DNA from: Desulfobacterales bacterium
GTDB taxonomy: Bacteria; Desulfobacterota; DSM-4660; Desulfatiglandales; Desulfatiglandaceae
NCBI GenBank assembly: GCA_021107495.1
Contig: JAIOSR010000244.1
Coordinates: 1-37,321, forward strand
Direction of reading: 5' to 3'
Length of the DNA stretch: 37,321 nt
The position numbers were made by a program, and so were the translations under genes. The notes beneath the pieces are model-generated. The model was not told the DNA's origin, did not search any database, and saw only the letters and a list, made by a program, of their open reading frames with translations. Shown one piece after another: positions 25,708 to 34,725 of the stretch (position 1 is its first letter; each line of letters starts with the position of its first letter).

Positions 25708-26633
25708 TCCTTTGTCCCTCCCATTAACAGATACATTACCGCCATGCGCACGGCGACCCCGTTGGTCACCTGGTCAAGGATGACCGATTGGGGTCCGTCT
25801 GCAACATCATCGGTTATTTCCACGCCACGGTTTATAGGACCGGGATGCATCACGATCGCATCTTTTTTTGCCTGTTTCAGGACTTCCCGGTTTAGCCCAA
25901 AAAAAACGGCGTATTCTCTGAGACCCGGGAACAGGGCCTTGCCTTGTCTTTCCAACTGGATCCGAAGCATCATAACCACATCTTTCTCTTTGACCGCTTC
26001 TGCCGGGTCATGAACCACCTGGACGCCGAAATCTTCGATGCCTGGCGGTATCATGGTGGGAGGCCCGGAAACCGTTACCTCGGCCCCCATTTTGGTTAAT
26101 CCTATGATATCGGATCTGGCTACTCGGCTGTGGGAAATATCTCCTGTAATGACGACCTTCAATCCCTCGATCTTTCCCTTTTTTTCCCTGATCGTAAACA
26201 AATCGAGCAAGGCCTGGGTCGGATGCTCGTTTATCCCATCACCCGCATTTATAACACATGCTTTTACCTCTCTCGCCAAAAGTTGAGGTGCACCGCTTGA
26301 AGAATGCCTGAGAACAATAAGATCAGGGTTCATGGCCTGAATATTCCGGGCAGTGTCAATAAGCGTTTCCCCTTTCACCATGCTGCTTGTTGAAACAGAT
26401 AGGCTGACGGTATCCGCACTCAGCCTCTTTGCCGCCATTTCAAAAGAGGTGCGGGTCCTGGTACTTGGTTCGTAAAAAAAATTAACCACGCTCTTGCCCC
26501 TCAGGGTGGGGACCTTTTTAATATCCCTTTCAGAAATTTCTTTTAAGGATTCAGCAGTATCCAGGATCAATTGTATGTCCCTGACGGACAATTGCCCCAT
26601 TCCAAACAGGTCTTTATGGCCGAATTTACTCAC
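25704..26633 (-). CDS. pyrB: Aspartate carbamoyltransferase catalytic subunit
   Basis: STRTR motif ([11 protein letters not shown]), HPTQ motif ([10 protein letters not shown]) and HPGP ([10 protein letters not shown]) are present. GTG 26633 has AAGGAG 6 nt upstream. The track ORF's extra 15 codons start at a TTG inside a terminator hairpin. Confidence 0.92.
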
Positions 26634-26647
26634 CTGAAGCTCCTTGC

Positions 26648-26685
26648 AAAAAAAACCTCCTTGCCAGCAAACCGGCAAGGAGGTT
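26648..26685 (-). terminator. Strong intrinsic terminator/attenuator between rplQ and pyrB
   Basis: The minus strand reads AACCTCCTTGCC-GGTTTGCT-GGCAAGGAGGTT followed by T-run (8 T total), giving a 12-bp perfect stem. It lies 109 nt after the rplQ stop codon and ends 14 nt before the pyrB GTG. Confidence 0.75.
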
Positions 26686-26754
26686 CTTGTTGTTCCGACT
26701 GTATCCCATCATAGTCCAAGTATGTTTGTTGAGATTAATAACCGTTTCATTTAG

Positions 26755-26784
26755 ATTAGTACACTTTAAGGAACAAAAATGCAA
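26755..26784 (-). promoter_or_regulatory. Candidate promoter upstream of the pyrB leader hairpin
   Basis: On the minus strand, TTGCAT (26784-26779) is followed by an 18-nt spacer ending in TGT, then ACTAAT (26760-26755). This gives an extended -10-like arrangement. Confidence 0.3.
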
Positions 26785-26793
26785 CCCTCACTT

Positions 26794-27252
26794 TTATTTA
26801 TCCTCGGTAGTATCATTCGATGCATCAGAAGGGATTTTGGCGGCCTTGGGCGCCTTTGGTTTCTTCGCCTTCTTTTTGCCCGACTTTTTACCCTCATCAA
26901 CGGGTAGAAGTTGAATAATAGAAACGGGTGCCCCGTCTCCTTTTCGGGTTCCTTTCTTGACAATTCTGAGGTACCCGCCCTGTCTGTCAAGATACCGGTC
27001 TTTCACTTCATCAAACAACCTGTGGGCTACACCTTTATCTTGAATATAGGCTAAGGCCTGGCGTCTAGCATGGAGATCGCCCCGTTTGGCTAATGTTATC
27101 AGTTTTTCGGCCACAGGGCGCAGTGCTTTCGCCTTTGCATCGGTTGTTACAATTTGTTCATGTTTAAATAGGGAGGTCGCCATGTTCCTCAGCAAAGCTT
27201 TACGGTGACTTGTATTGCGCCCTAATTGACTCCCCGCCTTCCTGTGCCTCAT
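26794..27252 (-). CDS. rplQ: 50S ribosomal protein L17 with Lys-rich C-terminal extension
   Basis: The N-terminus [28 protein letters not shown] is L17-typical. An ATGA overlap joins it to rpoA. Confidence 0.95.
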   Translation of the reverse strand: MRHRKAGSQLGRNTSHRKALLRNMATSLFKHEQIVTTDAKAKALRPVAEKLITLAKRGDLHARRQALAYIQDKGVAHRLFDEVKDRYLDRQGGYLRIVKKGTRKGDGAPVSIIQLLPVDEGKKSGKKKAKKPKAPKAAKIPSDASNDTTEDK

Positions 27253-28289
27253 TTATCCGTACCCGCTTCCTTTCCCTCTTCCCCTTCTTCATCAAATTCC
27301 TCGGCAGGGGGAAAATTCTCCAGTTTAATCCCCAAAGAAAGATCCATTTCTTCAAGAATGGATTTAATTTCATTCAAAGACTTCCTTCCAAAATTCTTTG
27401 TCTTAAGCATTTCAGATTCCGTCTTCTGAACCAGTTCGCCGATCAGAGTAATATTTGCGTTTTTCAGGCAATTGGCTGAACGTACAGACAATTCAAGCTC
27501 CGATACCGGTCTAAAGAGGTTTTCGTTCATTTTCTCTTCTTTTTCCTCTTCTTCTTCCTCCACAGGCTCCGGTTCCTCTTCAAAATTAATAAAAGGGGTC
27601 ATCTGCTCTTTGAGAATTTTGGCCGCATACGCGACCGCGTCCTCGGGTAAAACACTGCCGTCGGTCCAGACCTCTAACGTCAGCTTATCATAATCCGTAA
27701 CCTGTCCCACCCTGGCGTTTGTCACCACGTGGTTGACTTTTTGAATCGGTGAAAAAATCGCATCCATGGGGATGACACCGATCGGCTGATCTTTTGATTT
27801 ATTTTTTTCGGCAGGAACATAGCCCTTTCCTGTTTTAACGACCATCTCCATATTCAGTTTGGCTTCCTTGTTAAGGGTCGCTATATGATGATCAGGATCC
27901 AGGATTTCAACCAGAGCATCGCTCTTTATGTCCCCAGCCTTAACCTCTCCTTTTCCTTCTCGAGACAGCTGGATGACGGCCTCTTCGGCATCAATAATTT
28001 TTAGCTTAACCTCTTTCAGGTTCAATATAATATCCGTCACATCTTCCAAGACCCCGGGTATGGTGGAAAATTCATGACGCACACCGTCAAACTTTACTGA
28101 AACGATTGCCGCTCCCTGGAGGGATGAAAGCAAAATTCGCCTCAACGAATTGCCGATCGTGACCCCAAGGCCCCTTTCCAGCGGCTCACATATGAATTTT
28201 CCATAAAAATTCGTATACTTCGCCTGATCGATCTCTATTCGTTTGGGCCTAATTAACTCGCGCCAGTTTCTGCTCTTTAAATCTACCAA
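27249..28289 (-). CDS. rpoA: DNA-directed RNA polymerase alpha subunit
   Basis: [14 protein letters not shown]...[22 protein letters not shown] is present, along with a C-terminal domain ([15 protein letters not shown]). The preferred start is TTG 28289, with GGGGAGG 5 nt upstream. The track ORF starts at TTG 28349, which has no SD. Confidence 0.93.
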   Translation of the reverse strand: MVDLKSRNWRELIRPKRIEIDQAKYTNFYGKFICEPLERGLGVTIGNSLRRILLSSLQGAAIVSVKFDGVRHEFSTIPGVLEDVTDIILNLKEVKLKIIDAEEAVIQLSREGKGEVKAGDIKSDALVEILDPDHHIATLNKEAKLNMEMVVKTGKGYVPAEKNKSKDQPIGVIPMDAIFSPIQKVNHVVTNARVGQVTDYDKLTLEVWTDGSVLPEDAVAYAAKILKEQMTPFINFEEEPEPVEEEEEEKEEKMNENLFRPVSELELSVRSANCLKNANITLIGELVQKTESEMLKTKNFGRKSLNEIKSILEEMDLSLGIKLENFPPAEEFDEEGEEGKEAGTDK

Positions 28290-28304
28290 AGAAGCCTCCC
28301 CGTT

Positions 28305-28360
28305 CAATTGACGATTTTCGATTGGTGATTGATAATTCTCAATAGTCAATCTTCAATAGT
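28305..28360 (-). repeat. ATTGA-heptad repeat plus GTCAATTG box (copy A) in the rpsD-rpoA spacer
   Basis: The plus strand has TCAATAG TCAATCT TCAATAG (28339-28359) and CAATTGAC (28305-28312). A 15-nt stretch (AGTCAATCTTCAATA) and a 12-nt stretch (TCAATAGTCAAT) are identical to copy B at 35317-35385. Confidence 0.55.
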
Positions 28361-28378
28361 AAATCGATTCCCCTTACT

Positions 28379-29014
28379 CTACTTTGAGTACAATTCAATG
28401 ATGAGCTGTTCCTGAATAGGCATCGTGAGATCCTCTCGATTGGGAAGGGCCTTTAATATGCCCCTGAATTTCTCTTTTTCCATTTCAATCCAATCCGGGA
28501 TACCCCTTCGGACAACCGTCCCCATGCCCTCCAGAATCTGTGTTACTTTACGGCTCTTTTCTTTAACCTCAATCACATCTTGCGGTTTAACCTGGTAAGA
28601 GGGAATATTAACCTTCCTGTTGTTTACAAGAAAATGGTTATGCCTGACCAGTTGTCTTGCCTGATTTCTCGAATTGGCAAAGCCCATTTTGTAGACAACA
28701 TTATCCAAACGGCATTCCAGTAAAAGCAGAAGGTTTGTGCCGGTAATACCTTTCTGTTTTTCAGCCCGAAAATAATAGCCTCTGAACTGCTTTTCCAGGA
28801 GTCCATAAATCCTCTTTACTTTCTGCTTCTCCCTGAGTTGGACCCTGTAGTCTGAATACTTCCCCCCTCGACTTCGTCTCTGACCGTGCTGTCCTGGAGC
28901 ATAGGCCCTTCTCTCAAAAGCACACTTGTCACCGTAGCAACGGTCACCCTTTAAGAAAAGTTTGATGTTCTCCCGTCGACATAATCTACACGTTGAGCCG
29001 GTATATCTGGCCAA
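28379..29014 (-). CDS. rpsD: 30S ribosomal protein S4
   Basis: The N-terminus [15 protein letters not shown] is S4-typical. It uses a TTG start at 29014 with GGAGGGG upstream. Confidence 0.95.
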   Translation of the reverse strand: MARYTGSTCRLCRRENIKLFLKGDRCYGDKCAFERRAYAPGQHGQRRSRGGKYSDYRVQLREKQKVKRIYGLLEKQFRGYYFRAEKQKGITGTNLLLLLECRLDNVVYKMGFANSRNQARQLVRHNHFLVNNRKVNIPSYQVKPQDVIEVKEKSRKVTQILEGMGTVVRRGIPDWIEMEKEKFRGILKALPNREDLTMPIQEQLIIELYSK

Positions 29015-29048
29015 AATAACCCCTCCTAAACTCGTTATTCATTATCAC

Positions 29049-29444
29049 TCAAACCCTTCGTCTCTTCGGAGGGCGGCACCCGTTATGTGGTATTGGGGTT
29101 ACATCTCTGATAAGGCTCACGCTAAACCCTTCCACCTGAAGCGCGCGAAGCGCTGCTTCCCTTCCGACACCCGGTCCTTTAACTCTCACTTCAGCCAATT
29201 TCATTCCCTGATCCATGGCCTGCCGGATAGCATCCTTAGCAGCTAATTGGGCCGCAAAAGGGGTACTCTTTCGCGAGCCCTTAAACCCTGCCCTGCCCGC
29301 ACTTGATTGGGCGATAACATTCCCGTCGTGATCCGTGATGGTCACGATCGTGTTATTAAAGCTGGACTGTATATGGACTATTCCGGTTGGAACGTTCTTT
29401 TTTTCCTTCTTGCCCTTGCCTCTTTTTTTCGCGCTCTTTGCCAT
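29049..29444 (-). CDS. rpsK: 30S ribosomal protein S11
   Basis: [18 protein letters not shown]...[14 protein letters not shown] is present. Confidence 0.95.
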   Translation of the reverse strand: MAKSAKKRGKGKKEKKNVPTGIVHIQSSFNNTIVTITDHDGNVIAQSSAGRAGFKGSRKSTPFAAQLAAKDAIRQAMDQGMKLAEVRVKGPGVGREAALRALQVEGFSVSLIRDVTPIPHNGCRPPKRRRV

Positions 29445-29486
29445 CCTCTTTCCTCAAATTATCAAATCGCTTCTCGATTTAATTAC

Positions 29487-29858
29487 CTATTTTTTTCTTT
29501 TTGACATGACGGACCGGCGAGGGCCTTTTCTCGTCCTGGCATTCGTACTGGTTCTCTGTCCTCTGACCGGGAGGCCTCTTCTATGTCTCAACCCGCGATA
29601 TGCGCCCAAATCCATTAACCTCTTTATATTCATGGAAATATCGCGCCTGAGGTCCCCTTCCACCTTATGTTTCTCGTCAATAACCTTCCTGATTCCAGTA
29701 ACCTGCTCAGGGGTTAGGTCATCCGATTTGGTGCCCCAGTCAATACCAGCCTCTGTGAGTATTTTCTGAGCAGAGCTCCTGCCGATGCCGTAGATATAAG
29801 TCAAAGCAATTTCTATTCTTTTTCCCCTTGGTAGATCAACACCCGCAATTCTTGCCAA
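29487..29858 (-). CDS. rpsM: 30S ribosomal protein S13
   Basis: [26 protein letters not shown] is present. It uses a TTG start at 29858 with AAGGAG 7 nt upstream. Confidence 0.95.
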   Translation of the reverse strand: MARIAGVDLPRGKRIEIALTYIYGIGRSSAQKILTEAGIDWGTKSDDLTPEQVTGIRKVIDEKHKVEGDLRRDISMNIKRLMDLGAYRGLRHRRGLPVRGQRTSTNARTRKGPRRSVMSKRKK

Positions 29859-29926
29859 TCTTCGACTCCTTTTACTTAACTCGCTGTTATATCATCAAAA
29901 ATTTGTCAAAAATCAATGACAACAAA

Positions 29927-30040
29927 TCAACCTTGCCGTTGCTTATGACGAGGGTTCTCGCAAATCACGCGTACAACCCCTTTTCGCCTTATGATTTTGC
30001 ATTTAATGCACATTTTCTTGACGGACGGTCTCACTTTCAT
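29927..30040 (-). CDS. rpmJ: 50S ribosomal protein L36 (zinc-binding form)
   Basis: Hand translation of the minus strand gives [37 protein letters not shown] followed by a stop. The gene is below the ORF-track size cutoff. Confidence 0.9.
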   Translation of the reverse strand: MKVRPSVKKMCIKCKIIRRKGVVRVICENPRHKQRQG

Positions 30041-30092
30041 GATCCAGAATCCCTCCATTTAATTTCATGCTGCCATGTTGAAATTAAATTAA

Positions 30093-30314
30093 TCAATTAT
30101 TAGAACGATATACGATTCTTCCCTTGCTTAAATCATACGGAGATAACTCTATTCTCACTTTATCGCCAGGGAGTATTTTTATAAAATGCTTCCTCATCTT
30201 ACCGGAAATGTGCCCCAAAACCCGGTGACCATTTTCCAGTTCAACTCTGAACATGGCATTGGGCAATGTTTCAATTACAACCCCTTCAACTTCAAGAGCC
30301 TCTTCTTTCGCCAT
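30093..30314 (-). CDS. infA: Translation initiation factor IF-1
   Basis: [53 protein letters not shown] is present. The true start is ATG 30314, not the track's 30335. Confidence 0.93.
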   Translation of the reverse strand: MAKEEALEVEGVVIETLPNAMFRVELENGHRVLGHISGKMRKHFIKILPGDKVRIELSPYDLSKGRIVYRSNN

Positions 30315-30366
30315 ATCCTTTTCCCCGGCAGGCAACTTACACTTTCAAACTATAAAACACGCTCGG

Positions 30367-31680
30367 CTATCTTGCCTTTCCAAAGCCCTTCTTCATAAAA
30401 CCTTCATAGTGCCTTGTCAGCATATGAGACTCAATCTGATTCGTAGTATCCATTGCCACACCAACCACAATCAACAACGCGGTCCCGCCGAAATAGAATG
30501 GAACATTCAGCTTATAGATCAGGATTTGTGGTAAAACGCAAACGGCCGAGACATAAAGAGCACCAAAAAATGTAATCCTTGTTAAAACCCGATCAATATA
30601 TTCCGCAGAATTCTTGCCCGGCCTGATTCCAGGAATAAATCCTCCGTATTTTTTCATATTATCGGCCACATCAACCGGATTAAAATGGACAGCCGTATAA
30701 AAATAGCAGAAAAAGAAAATAAAAATAACATAAACCAGATTATAAACCACATGTCCCGGCGACAAAAAAGTAACAACGTATTGAAGCCATGGCATTTCCT
30801 TTACATTCAAAAAATTCGCTATAGTTGCGGGGAACATTATGATGGAAGAAGCAAAAATTGGAGGAATCACGCCGGCAGTGTTGACCTTTAGAGGCAGGTG
30901 TGTGCTTTGACCGCCATACATTTTACGCCCCACAACCCTCTTGGCATACTGAACCGGTATCCGTCTTTGTCCGCGTTCAACGAAAACAATCGCGCCGATG
31001 ACCGCTATCATAAGGGCAACTATCAAGGCCATAAAAAACGGGGTTACCTCACCTGTCCCCATCAGCCTGAATGAGTTAGCCACTGCCAAAGGAAACCGGG
31101 CCACGATACCGGCAAAAATGATGAGTGAAATTCCGTTACCAATTCCTCGCTCAGTGATCTGTTCACCTAACCACATCAAGAAGGCCGTGCCGGCAGTCAG
31201 GGTGATCACCGTAAGAAGCCTGAAGCCCCAGCCTCCGAAGGGGACGACCATGGCCCCACCGGGGCTGGACATGTTTTCAAGACCGACTGCAATTCCAAAC
31301 CCCTGGATAATACTCAAAACGACCGTGCCATAACGGGTATACTGGGTGATCTTCTTCCGCCCTTGCTCACCCTCCTTTTTTAGCTTTTCAAGATACGGTA
31401 CTACGACCGTTAAAAGTTCTAAAATAATGGACGCACTGATATACGGCATTATACCGAGTGCCATTACCGACATCTGGCTCAGCGCACCACCTGAAAACAT
31501 GTCAAAAAGGCCAAAAAGCGTCCCCTGTTTGGAGCTAAAAAAGGCGGAAAGAGCAGCCCCGTCTATGCCTGGAGTTGGGATATGACATCCGAGCCGGTAA
31601 ACGGCAAGCATAAAAAGAGTAAAGAATATCTTCTTTTTAAGTTCCGGTATTTTGGGGATATTTTGAAAGCCGCCAATCAT
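30367..31680 (-). CDS. secY: Preprotein translocase subunit SecY
   Basis: 437 aa, 10-TM pattern, with SecY-typical [25 protein letters not shown]. Confidence 0.95.
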   Translation of the reverse strand: MIGGFQNIPKIPELKKKIFFTLFMLAVYRLGCHIPTPGIDGAALSAFFSSKQGTLFGLFDMFSGGALSQMSVMALGIMPYISASIILELLTVVVPYLEKLKKEGEQGRKKITQYTRYGTVVLSIIQGFGIAVGLENMSSPGGAMVVPFGGWGFRLLTVITLTAGTAFLMWLGEQITERGIGNGISLIIFAGIVARFPLAVANSFRLMGTGEVTPFFMALIVALMIAVIGAIVFVERGQRRIPVQYAKRVVGRKMYGGQSTHLPLKVNTAGVIPPIFASSIIMFPATIANFLNVKEMPWLQYVVTFLSPGHVVYNLVYVIFIFFFCYFYTAVHFNPVDVADNMKKYGGFIPGIRPGKNSAEYIDRVLTRITFFGALYVSAVCVLPQILIYKLNVPFYFGGTALLIVVGVAMDTTNQIESHMLTRHYEGFMKKGFGKAR

Positions 31681-31707
31681 GAATTCAGCCCTTCATCACG
31701 CCTTAAA

Positions 31708-32154
31708 CTATATAAGTTCGACCGTTCCGCCAAGGGCCTCGATTTTTTCCTTAGCGCTGTTGCTGACTTTATGTACTTTCATAAAAACCGGGAAAGTAAT
31801 CTCACCATTACCCAGGAGTTTGATACCCTCTCCCAATCTTTTGACGAGCCCGGCCTCCTTCAATGCCTCTGCATCAAGGCTTGCGTTTGGCTCAAATCGG
31901 TTCAGATCCTTGATATTAATAATATTGTAACGTTTCTTGAATATGTTCGTAAAGCCACGCTTGGGCAAACGCCTTTGCAGCGGCATCTGACCTCCCTCAA
32001 ATCCGGGACGCGGGCCTCCTCCGGAACGTGACTTCTGCCCTTTATGCCCTCGACAGGATGTCTTCCCGTGTCCCGAACCCGGTCCCCTTCCGACTCTCTT
32101 CCTTGTCTTTCTGGAACCATCAGCGGGCGAAAGCTCATGAATTTTCATCGCCAT
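31708..32154 (-). CDS. rplO: 50S ribosomal protein L15
   Basis: [27 protein letters not shown] is present. Confidence 0.95.
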   Translation of the reverse strand: MAMKIHELSPADGSRKTRKRVGRGPGSGHGKTSCRGHKGQKSRSGGGPRPGFEGGQMPLQRRLPKRGFTNIFKKRYNIINIKDLNRFEPNASLDAEALKEAGLVKRLGEGIKLLGNGEITFPVFMKVHKVSNSAKEKIEALGGTVELI

Positions 32155-32168
32155 ATCCTCATAAAATT

Positions 32169-32345
32169 TCAGCCAATTCTAACGAGGAATGAAACCTTCT
32201 GGATCATTCCCCTTATGGCCTGCGTATTCTCTAACTCCACTGTTTTGTTCAGCTTTGTAAGGCCCAGGCCCCTCAAAGTCTGGCGAATCTTTTTGTTCTT
32301 GCCTATTCCGCTCTTAACAAGAGTTACCTTAATTGTCTCAGCCAT
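32169..32345 (-). CDS. rpmD: 50S ribosomal protein L30
   Basis: Hand translation gives [58 protein letters not shown] followed by a stop. The gene is below the ORF-track cutoff. Confidence 0.9.
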   Translation of the reverse strand: MAETIKVTLVKSGIGKNKKIRQTLRGLGLTKLNKTVELENTQAIRGMIQKVSFLVRIG

Positions 32346-32396
32346 AGCTAAATTCTACAAAACCTTTCAATTTACAAAATCGTTTCAGCGATTTTA

Positions 32397-32894
32397 TTAA
32401 GTTAGCAGTTCCTCAACCGTTTTGCCCCTGCGGCGGGCAAATTCTTCGGGGGTCCGTAATGAGCGCAGACCGCTCATGGTAGCCCTCACTATATTGTGGG
32501 GATTATGGGAACCCAGGCACTTTGTAAGTATGTTCTGGACTCCGGCTGCCTCCAAAACTGCCCGAACAGCTCCCCCTGCAATCAAACCGGTACCGGGTCC
32601 GGCAGGTTTAAGGAGGACACGACCGGCACCCGACTGCCCAATCACCTCATGCGGAATGGTTGCGTTATAAAGATGTACCTGTCCCATGTCTCTTTTTGCC
32701 TTATCAACGCCTTTCCTGATGGCGTCAGGGACCTGGTTTGCCTTTCCAAGCCCACTTCCGACCATACCTTTACCGTCTCCAACAATAACAATGGCGCTGA
32801 AGCTAAATCGCCGGCCACCTTTAACCACTTTTGCCACCCGGTTGATGTGAACCACCTTCTCGATCAACTGATCTTCATCCGCTTCCTTAAACAA
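32397..32894 (-). CDS. rpsE: 30S ribosomal protein S5
   Basis: [32 protein letters not shown] is present. It uses a TTG start at 32894. Confidence 0.95.
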   Translation of the reverse strand: MFKEADEDQLIEKVVHINRVAKVVKGGRRFSFSAIVIVGDGKGMVGSGLGKANQVPDAIRKGVDKAKRDMGQVHLYNATIPHEVIGQSGAGRVLLKPAGPGTGLIAGGAVRAVLEAAGVQNILTKCLGSHNPHNIVRATMSGLRSLRTPEEFARRRGKTVEELLT

Positions 32895-32965
32895 TGGATC
32901 TCTCCCCTCTTTTTCACTTCGCCGCTGGATGGCGAGTTTGGAGTTATAACCTGTATCTCTCAGTT

Positions 32966-33334
32966 TCAGAACACCAGTCCATGCTCACGTGCGGCCGCAG
33001 AAAGGGCCTTTACGCGACCATGATACAAAAAACCGTTTCGATCAAAGACAACCTTCTTGATCCCCAATTCAAGCGCCCGTTCAGCCAAGGCCGCGCCAAC
33101 TAATGCAGCCCCTTCCTTGTTACAGCCATTTTTCCCGATCTTCGGCCCAAGATCCTTTGACAATGAAGAGACTGTCGCCAAAGTTCTCCCGGCAGAATCG
33201 TCTATGATCTGGGTATAAATATGTCTGGAGCTCCTGAAAACACATAAACGGGGTTTTTCAGGGATGCCACGAACCTTTTTCCGTACTCTTTTCTTTCTTC
33301 TTAGCCTTGCTTCCGCCCTGTTAAAGGTACCCAT
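32966..33334 (-). CDS. rplR: 50S ribosomal protein L18
   Basis: [18 protein letters not shown]...[26 protein letters not shown] is present. Confidence 0.95.
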   Translation of the reverse strand: MGTFNRAEARLRRKKRVRKKVRGIPEKPRLCVFRSSRHIYTQIIDDSAGRTLATVSSLSKDLGPKIGKNGCNKEGAALVGAALAERALELGIKKVVFDRNGFLYHGRVKALSAAAREHGLVF

Positions 33335-33370
33335 GCCACCAACCTCTTTGTCAAAATAAAATTTCCTCTC

Positions 33371-33910
33371 TTATGTTGTTGCCCCTGCTTTACCCGCCTT
33401 CCTCCGGATCATTTCGTCGGCATATTTTATTCCTTTGCCCTTGTATGGTTCCGGTTTTCTAAAACCCCGGATCTTTGCAGCGGTCTTGCCTAAAAGATCC
33501 TTGTCGATCCCGTTCAAAACGATTTTTGTCTTTTCTATCTTAGCTTCTATACCGTCAGGAAGCTCAAAGTCTATGGGATGCGAATATCCCAGGTTAAAAA
33601 CGGCTGTCCTGCCCTTCAACTCGGCCCGATAACCCACGCCGACGATCTCAAGGACCCTTTCAAAACCTTTTGTGACCCCGGTCACCATGTTATCAATCAA
33701 AATTCTGAAAAGACCATGGAGAGATGCACTCTCTCTCGTTTTATCGGCAACCGAGACAATGACATTGTCACCATCTATATTCACCTGAACCTTGGGGTGG
33801 ATCTTTCGACTCAGTTCGCCCTTTGGCCCCTTCACTTTAAGGAGATCTCCCTCAAGTTTGATCTTAACATCCTTTGGTATCAAAATAGGCTTTTTGCCTA
33901 TGCGTGACAT
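33371..33910 (-). CDS. rplF: 50S ribosomal protein L6
   Basis: MSRIGKKPILIPKDVKIKLEG...GVGYRAELKG...GYSHP is present. Confidence 0.95.
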   Translation of the reverse strand: MSRIGKKPILIPKDVKIKLEGDLLKVKGPKGELSRKIHPKVQVNIDGDNVIVSVADKTRESASLHGLFRILIDNMVTGVTKGFERVLEIVGVGYRAELKGRTAVFNLGYSHPIDFELPDGIEAKIEKTKIVLNGIDKDLLGKTAAKIRGFRKPEPYKGKGIKYADEMIRRKAGKAGATT

Positions 33911-33940
33911 GAAAAACCTCCCTAAAATCGCAAAAAAAAC

Positions 33941-34339
33941 TTACCATACCGTACAAAGGATCTCGCCGCCAGCCCGAATTTTTCTGGCCTGTCCATCTGC
34001 CATAAGGCCTTTTGATGTGGAGACGACATTAATTCCATACCCGTTTAACACTTTCGGAATCTCGTCATATCCTTTGTAGATCCGGCAGCTTGGTTTGCTT
34101 ACTCTTTTAAGTCCGCCAATGACGGAAGTCCCTTCTTCATCATACTTCAAAAATATCCTTATTTGCCTGTGCCGACCATCGGAAACAATCTTAAAATTCT
34201 TTATATAACCTTCGGATTTTAGGACCTTGGCTAAATTGATCTTCAATTTCGAACTGGGAACATCCACCAATTCGTGTGAAGCCCGAAAGGCATTCCTGAT
34301 TCTTGTTAACATATCGGCAATCGGATCAGTCATAGTCAT
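33941..34339 (-). CDS. rpsH: 30S ribosomal protein S8
   Basis: DPIADMLTRIRNA...VSTSKGLMADGQARKIRAGGEILCTVW is present. Confidence 0.95.
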   Translation of the reverse strand: MTMTDPIADMLTRIRNAFRASHELVDVPSSKLKINLAKVLKSEGYIKNFKIVSDGRHRQIRIFLKYDEEGTSVIGGLKRVSKPSCRIYKGYDEIPKVLNGYGINVVSTSKGLMADGQARKIRAGGEILCTVW

Positions 34340-34387
34340 TTGCTATACTCCATGTTACTTTGTATTGAACATTTAAACAGTAAGAAC

Positions 34388-34450
34388 TAGGCAGTAGGCA
34401 GCAGATACCAAGCGGTTTAAATACTGTTTGCTGCACACTGCCTACCGCTT
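34388..34450 (-). promoter_or_regulatory. Structured RNA candidate in the 119-nt rpsZ-rpsH spacer
   Basis: A tandem TAGGCAG TAGGCAG lies at 34388-34401. GTAGGCAG (34394-34401) is complementary to CTGCCTAC (34438-34445). AAGCGGT (34410-34416) is complementary to ACCGCTT (34444-34450). The two pairings overlap on the right arm and so exclude each other. Confidence 0.25.
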
Positions 34451-34458
34451 ACTTCTTT

Positions 34459-34644
34459 TTACCAACTTGACTTGACCACACCGGGAATTGCACCTCTCGA
34501 GGCCAACATCCTGAAACAAATACGGCAAATTCCAAATTTCCTAATAAAAGCCCTGCTCCGCCCACAAATGGGGCATCTGTTATATTGACGTGTTGAAAAT
34601 TTTTGCTTCCGCTGGGCCTTAACAATAAGAGACTTTCTTGCCAA
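34459..34644 (-). CDS. rpsZ: 30S ribosomal protein S14, short zinc-binding type Z
   Basis: 61 aa, [16 protein letters not shown]...[22 protein letters not shown] (two CxxC pairs). It uses a TTG start at 34644 with AGGGAGGA upstream. Confidence 0.93.
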   Translation of the reverse strand: MARKSLIVKAQRKQKFSTRQYNRCPICGRSRAFIRKFGICRICFRMLASRGAIPGVVKSSW

Positions 34645-34725
34645 AGTATCCTCCCTGTAGATTTCCGGGTTGTGTATTGCGTGTTTTATGTCGGTCGTTG
34701 GCCGGGAGCCGTTTCCGGACAGAAA

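Noticed and set aside
25492-26013. 173-aa plus-strand ORF spanning the pyrC/pyrB junction
   Set aside because: It is antisense to two well-supported conserved enzymes and has no motif content.
26634-26678. 15-codon extension of pyrB ([15 protein letters not shown])
   Set aside because: It starts at a TTG inside the terminator hairpin and translates the stem and T-run. GTG 26633 has a well-spaced AAGGAG and gives a typical PyrB N-terminus.
26686-26793. PyrR-type binding loop upstream of pyrB
   Set aside because: I could not find the conserved PyrR recognition loop by eye, so the leader is discussed only as a possible UTP/translation-coupled attenuator.
28290-28349. Track start of rpoA at TTG 28349
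   Set aside because: There is no SD upstream, the codons are made of the ATTGA heptad repeat, and the extension precedes the conserved NWRELIRP N-terminus. TTG 28289 has GGGGAGG at 5-nt spacing. It is kept as an alternative in the findings.
29335-29769. 144-aa plus-strand ORF antisense to rpsK/rpsM, and similar antisense ORFs at 31582-32031, 32496-33023, 35575-35886 and 36812-37177
   Set aside because: They are shadow ORFs opposite highly conserved ribosomal protein genes, with low-complexity translations and no recognisable motifs.
30315-30335. Upstream extension of infA (MPAGEKD)
   Set aside because: IF-1 proteins begin at the MAKEE-type N-terminus, so ATG 30314 gives the canonical 73-aa protein.
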